Positions 9,277 through 13,402 of a DNA stretch of 13,402 nucleotides are shown one piece after another. The notes beneath the pieces are model-generated. The model was not told the origin of the DNA and searched no databases. It was given only the letters and a program-made list of their open reading frames with translations. The position numbers and the translations under genes were made by a program. This DNA comes from Thermodesulfobacteriota bacterium (lineage in GTDB: Bacteria > Desulfobacterota_D > UBA1144 > Nemesobacterales > Mycalebacteriaceae): NCBI GenBank assembly GCA_965198945.1, contig CBDAQI010000008.1, positions 1-13,402 of the forward strand. The letters run 5' to 3'. The first letter of the stretch is position 1; each line of letters begins with the position of its first letter.

Positions 9277-11241
9277 TTACCTGAAAGAGAAAAAAATATT
9301 TTTTACTATACGATGAAATACATAGTCAGTTTTGAAAATGAGTGAAGGTTTGTAGATTAATGATAAAAACAAATTAAAAAGTAATTTAATTTTAACAAAA
9401 ACAATTTCAAAAAAAAATTTATTACATTTATGGTATTTATATTTTTGAAAAATATTAAAAAAATTTAAGTCGTATAAATTAAAAATTAATACATTAATTA
9501 TAAGTAGATGAATGTCATTATGAGTATATTTATTTTTATAAGTTAATAAACCAGAATAATTTATATACTTTTTGTCATTTGTATTTTTATAGAGAAAAAA
9601 TTTATAAAATTTTATTTTATTATCAATAAGATCATAATTTATATTATTTTTTTCATTCATGATTTTTTTTACGTCTTTTAAAAAAGACAATGATTTAAAA
9701 GCAAGATCGAGAGCTTCTTTTTGTTTCGGGCGCTTATGAATGTAAACGGGTCGTAATCCAGCCAAAGCAAGAAAAGACAATGTGATCTGATACAAATCCT
9801 GAGATCGGCTGGATTGGCTGATCTGCCGATCATGCTGACGATAAGTGTAAAGAGCCCTGGAGATGTTTTCGACCGAACCATGAGACGTCAGTCTCGACAG
9901 AAACTCCACATCTTCAAAATACCGGTTCAGTTCGGGACGATATCCGCCGATTTTCCGCGCAATATCACCCCGCATCATGAAGCTTGCACAAGCTCCCTGA
10001 AAACAAATCCTGTTAATAAAAGCGTTTTTAAAAAATAAATAACTTTTTCTGGTTTGATCCGGATAATGCAACTCTATGGCGCTTCCCACCGCCACGCATT
10101 GGGGGTGTGCGAATAAATGAAGCAATAATGTCTCAATGCGATGGGGATGGCTGAGATCATCGGCATCCTGCCAGAGCCAGAAACGCCCCCGCGCCCGGGA
10201 TATCAAATGATTGCGGACCACCCCCAGACCCTGGTTTTTCTCAGAGCGCACCAGGCTGACCGGAATCTGATCCCCCACCACATCAATAATGGCCTGGCGC
10301 GATAACGGACACGCCGAACCATCGTCATGCACCACAATCTCAAAATTGCGATGACTTTGGGCCGCTAAACTCTCCAGACAGGCCCTAAAATAGCGCTCCC
10401 CATTGTAATACGCGATCAGGACGCTCACCAAAGGCGGTTGATCCCCATAAGGAAGACGCAGAGCCTGCACCCTCTCGTTGGGCTCGAGTTCAAGATGCTC
10501 ACGGAAAAAATCATCCCCGGGAACCTGGAAGACCCCATCGTCAATCAGGGCGTCCAACGGATCGGCCCGACCCGCCCGACGCATCCGCGCCGCATACCGC
10601 GCCAGCATCCGAAACCGAAAACAAACAGCTCCCCTTGACCCCATGATGCTGGTACCATGTTGACGATACATATATAAAGGCGGGTCGATATTGGTGATGG
10701 CATAGCGCTCGGCCATCCGCAACAACCAGTCCCCATCGGCACCCTCGCCCCCGTCATGACGCATCAAACCCGCATGAGACGCCGCCTCACGGCGGCTCAT
10801 GACGCTGGCACAGGCAAGTTCAGGATCAATCCGATGACATTCCGGGTCTTGCGGAAAACTCTCATCCCCCAGAGAGCGACCCCCGGCGTCAATTCGGGTT
10901 ATACCGGTCCCCACCGCCCCGAATTCCTCATGACCATTGAGAAAATCCACCTGCTGCTGCAAACGATCAAATCTCGAAAGGTCATCCGCATCCTGCCAGG
11001 TCACAAAATCCCCGGTAACCACGGCCAAAAGAGCGTTACACGCCGCCCCCGTCCCCTTGTTGGTGGCAAAAGGCGGCAATAAGACAATCCGTTTATCCCC
11101 ATCAGCATATTGCTGGGCAATAGCCAGACTATCATCCGTCGATCCATCGTCCTGGATCAATAAACGCCAGTCGCCATAACTCTGCGCCACAATGCTCTCA
11201 ATCGCCGCCCGGATATAACCACCCGCATTATAGACCGGCAT
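9277..11241 (-). CDS. Unit 4, module B: intact 654-aa protein with two GT2 domains and a K/N/I/F/Y-rich C-terminal tail
   Basis: Uninterrupted ORF with two sets of GT2 motifs (MPVYN..IQDDGS..WQDADD..YRQH and VSVLIAYYN..HDDGS..WQDADD..FEDVEF..YRQH). The true start is uncertain because the in-frame codons VDIL, part of the first beta-strand, precede the ATG. Confidence 0.92.
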   Translation of the reverse strand: MPVYNAGGYIRAAIESIVAQSYGDWRLLIQDDGSTDDSLAIAQQYADGDKRIVLLPPFATNKGTGAACNALLAVVTGDFVTWQDADDLSRFDRLQQQVDFLNGHEEFGAVGTGITRIDAGGRSLGDESFPQDPECHRIDPELACASVMSRREAASHAGLMRHDGGEGADGDWLLRMAERYAITNIDPPLYMYRQHGTSIMGSRGAVCFRFRMLARYAARMRRAGRADPLDALIDDGVFQVPGDDFFREHLELEPNERVQALRLPYGDQPPLVSVLIAYYNGERYFRACLESLAAQSHRNFEIVVHDDGSACPLSRQAIIDVVGDQIPVSLVRSEKNQGLGVVRNHLISRARGRFWLWQDADDLSHPHRIETLLLHLFAHPQCVAVGSAIELHYPDQTRKSYLFFKNAFINRICFQGACASFMMRGDIARKIGGYRPELNRYFEDVEFLSRLTSHGSVENISRALYTYRQHDRQISQSSRSQDLYQITLSFLALAGLRPVYIHKRPKQKEALDLAFKSLSFLKDVKKIMNEKNNINYDLIDNKIKFYKFFLYKNTNDKKYINYSGLLTYKNKYTHNDIHLLIINVLIFNLYDLNFFNIFQKYKYHKCNKFFFEIVFVKIKLLFNLFLSLIYKPSLIFKTDYVFHRIVKNIFFSFR

Positions 11242-13234
11242 CAGAATATCAACCCGACCCCCGGGCTTGTCCGATGAGGGCCCGGGCCCTCTAACTCCAT
11301 TTTTTTTCTTTGATCAAGAAAAAGGGTATAATCCTGATATATTTTTTTTGAACCAAGCGCTTTATAATCATCGAGAAAATTTTCTATTTGTTTTTTATTT
11401 TTATAAATAGAAAACATTAATAAACAAATATGATTGACACAAAAATTATTAAATATAGTCAGATTTCTAAACTCTTCTATCTTATCAAGAAATTGATCAT
11501 CAATACAAATACCATAGCCGGTTAATTTTTGGGAAATTATATCATATTCTATATTTTTGCTGGAATTACTAGTTAATTTGCGGAATATTCTTCCTACACG
11601 ATTTTTTCTATTATTTAAATGTTTCAGATAATTTAATAAAGAAAGCGTTTTAACGGCAAGATCAAGGGCTTCTTTTTGTTCCGGGCGGCTCATGAATGTA
11701 AACGGGTCGTAACCCATAAACAGAAAGAAAATAGCACGTGATACGGTAAAGCTCTTCATGACGACTGCCTGCCATTATTTGTCGGCTATGCTGACGATAA
11801 GTGTAAAAAGCCCCGGAGATGTTTTCGACCGAACCATGAGACGTCAGTCTCGCCAGAAACTCCACATCTTCAAAATACCGGTTCAGTTCGGGACGATATC
11901 CGCCGATTTTCCGCGCAATATCACCCCGCATCATCAAGGTCGCTGACGCCGCTGCATAACAAACACCGCCGATAAAAGCATTTCGATTGGCAAATATGAC
12001 TTCTTTTTCTTCCCCTGTATCCTCATCAAGACTGATATAACCGCTTCCCACCGCCACGCATTGGGGGGTGCGAATAATGAAGCAATAATGTTTCAATGCG
12101 ATGGGGATGGCTGAGATCATCGGCATCCTGCCAGAGCCAGAAACGCCCCCCCGCGCGGGATATCAAATGATTGCAGACCACCCCCAGACCCTGGTTTTTC
12201 TCAGAGCGCACCAGGCTGACCGGAATCTGATCCCCCACCACATCAATAATGGCCTGGCGCGATAACGGACACGCCGAACCATCGTCATGCACCACAATCT
12301 CAAAATTGCGATGACTTTGGGCCGCTAAACTCTCCAGACAGGCCCTAAAATAGCGCTCCCCATTGTAATACGCGATCAGGACGCTCACCAAAGGCGGTTG
12401 ATCCCCATAAGGAAAACGCAGAGCTTGCACCTTCTCGTCGGGCTTGATTTCAAGATGCTCACAGAAAAAATCATCCCCGGGAACCTGGAAGACCCTATCG
12501 TCAATCAGGGCGTCCAACGGATCGGCCCGACCCGCCCGACGCATCCGCGCCGCATACCGCGCCAGCATCCGAAACCGAAAACAAACAGCTCCCCTTGACC
12601 CCATGATGCTGGTACCATGTTGACGATACATATATAAAGGCGGGTCGATATTGGTGATGGCATAGCGCTCGGCCATCCGCAACAACCAGTCCCCATCGGC
12701 ACCCTCGCCCCCGTCATGACGCATCAAACCCGCATGAGACGCCGCCTCACGGCGGCTCATGACGCTGGGGCAGGCAAGTTCAGGATCAATCCGATGATGG
12801 TCCGGGTCTTGCGGAAAACTCTCATCCCCCAGAGAGCGACCCCCGGCGTCAATTCGGGTTATACCGGTCCCCACCGCCCCGAATTCCTCATGACCATTGA
12901 GAAAATCCACCTGCTGCTGCAAACGATCAGATCTCGAAAGGTCATCCGCATCCTGCCAGGTCACAAAATCCCCGGTAACCGCAGCCAAAAGAGCGTTACA
13001 CGCCGCCCCCGTCCCCTTGTTGGTGGCAAAAGGCGGCAATAAGACAATCCGTTTATCCCCATCAGCATATTGCTGGGCAATAGCCAGACTATCATCCGTC
13101 GATCCATCGTCCTGGATCAACAAACGCCAGTCGCCATAATTCTGCGCCAGAATGCTCTCAATCGCCGCCCGGATATAACCACCCGCATTATAGACCGGCA
13201 TCAGAATATCAACCTGGCTACTACTCCTTTGCAT
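11241..13234 (-). CDS. Unit 4, module A: double-GT2 glycosyltransferase broken by three 1-nt indels; its stop overlaps the module B ATG
   Basis: ORFs 12026-13234, 11662-12126 and 11241-11759 tile module A. Deletions lie at ~12068 and ~12076, an insertion at 11687-11688, and a length-neutral change at 12146-12156 (RAGG vs RARG). Confidence 0.85.
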
Positions 13235-13247
13235 CTTTTCTAACGTC

Positions 13248-13402
13248 TTACCTGAAAGAGAAAAAAATATTTTTTACTATACGATGAAATACATAGTCAG
13301 TTTTGAAAATGAGTGAAGGTTTGTAGATTAATGATAAAAACAAATTAAAAAGTAATTTAATTTTAACAAAAACAATTTCAAAAAAAAATTTATTACATTT
13401 AT
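13248..13402 (-). CDS. Unit 5: 3' end of another module B tail (cut by the window edge)
   Basis: Matches 1314-1468, 5305-5459 and 9277-9431. The TAA stop is at 13248-13250. Confidence 0.9.
   Translation of the reverse strand, partial: KCNKFFFEIVFVKIKLLFNLFLSLIYKPSLIFKTDYVFHRIVKNIFFSFR

Larger units (their letters stand above)
1..13402. repeat. Tandem direct-repeat array of a ~3.97-3.99 kb unit (3 full units plus flanking partial units), itself built from two ~2 kb related modules alternating A-B-A-B
   Basis: The same start context (MQRSSSQVDIL) recurs at 1300, 5291, 9263 and 13234 (spacings 3991, 3972, 3971). The same stop (KNIFFSFR*) recurs at 1314, 5305, 9277 and 13248. Sequence 1-1300 matches 3991-5291 apart from one base. 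Confidence 0.98.

Noticed and set aside
1..13402. CRISPR array, tRNA/rRNA genes, or a specific gene symbol (e.g. kfoC, hyaD)
   Set aside because: No short repeat-spacer pattern or structural RNA signature was seen. Similarity to named enzymes is only at the domain-architecture level.

Overview
The whole window is a head-to-tail tandem array of a ~3.97-3.99 kb unit: three complete units (1314-5291, 5305-9263, 9277-13234) plus partial units at both edges. All coding is on the minus strand. Each unit holds two related ~2 kb modules, A (upstream) and B (downstream). Each module encodes two family-2 (GT-A fold) glycosyltransferase domains in GC-rich DNA, followed by an extremely AT-rich, module-specific C-terminal tail. 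The consensus is either one ~1319-aa four-GT2-domain protein or a 664-aa + 654-aa pair joined by a TGATG overlap, depending on a 1-nt difference at the A/B junction. Just upstream of that junction lie an A_AAA_AAA heptamer and a perfect 16-nt GC palindrome, a candidate -1 recoding switch. One B module (1314-3296) is a mosaic variant with A-type patches and private changes, which suggests gene conversion within a real array. Most copies carry scattered 1-nt indels, which may be assembly or polishing errors. I see no mobile-element, replication, RNA-gene or CRISPR sequence. Host organism and sugar specificity cannot be determined from the sequence.
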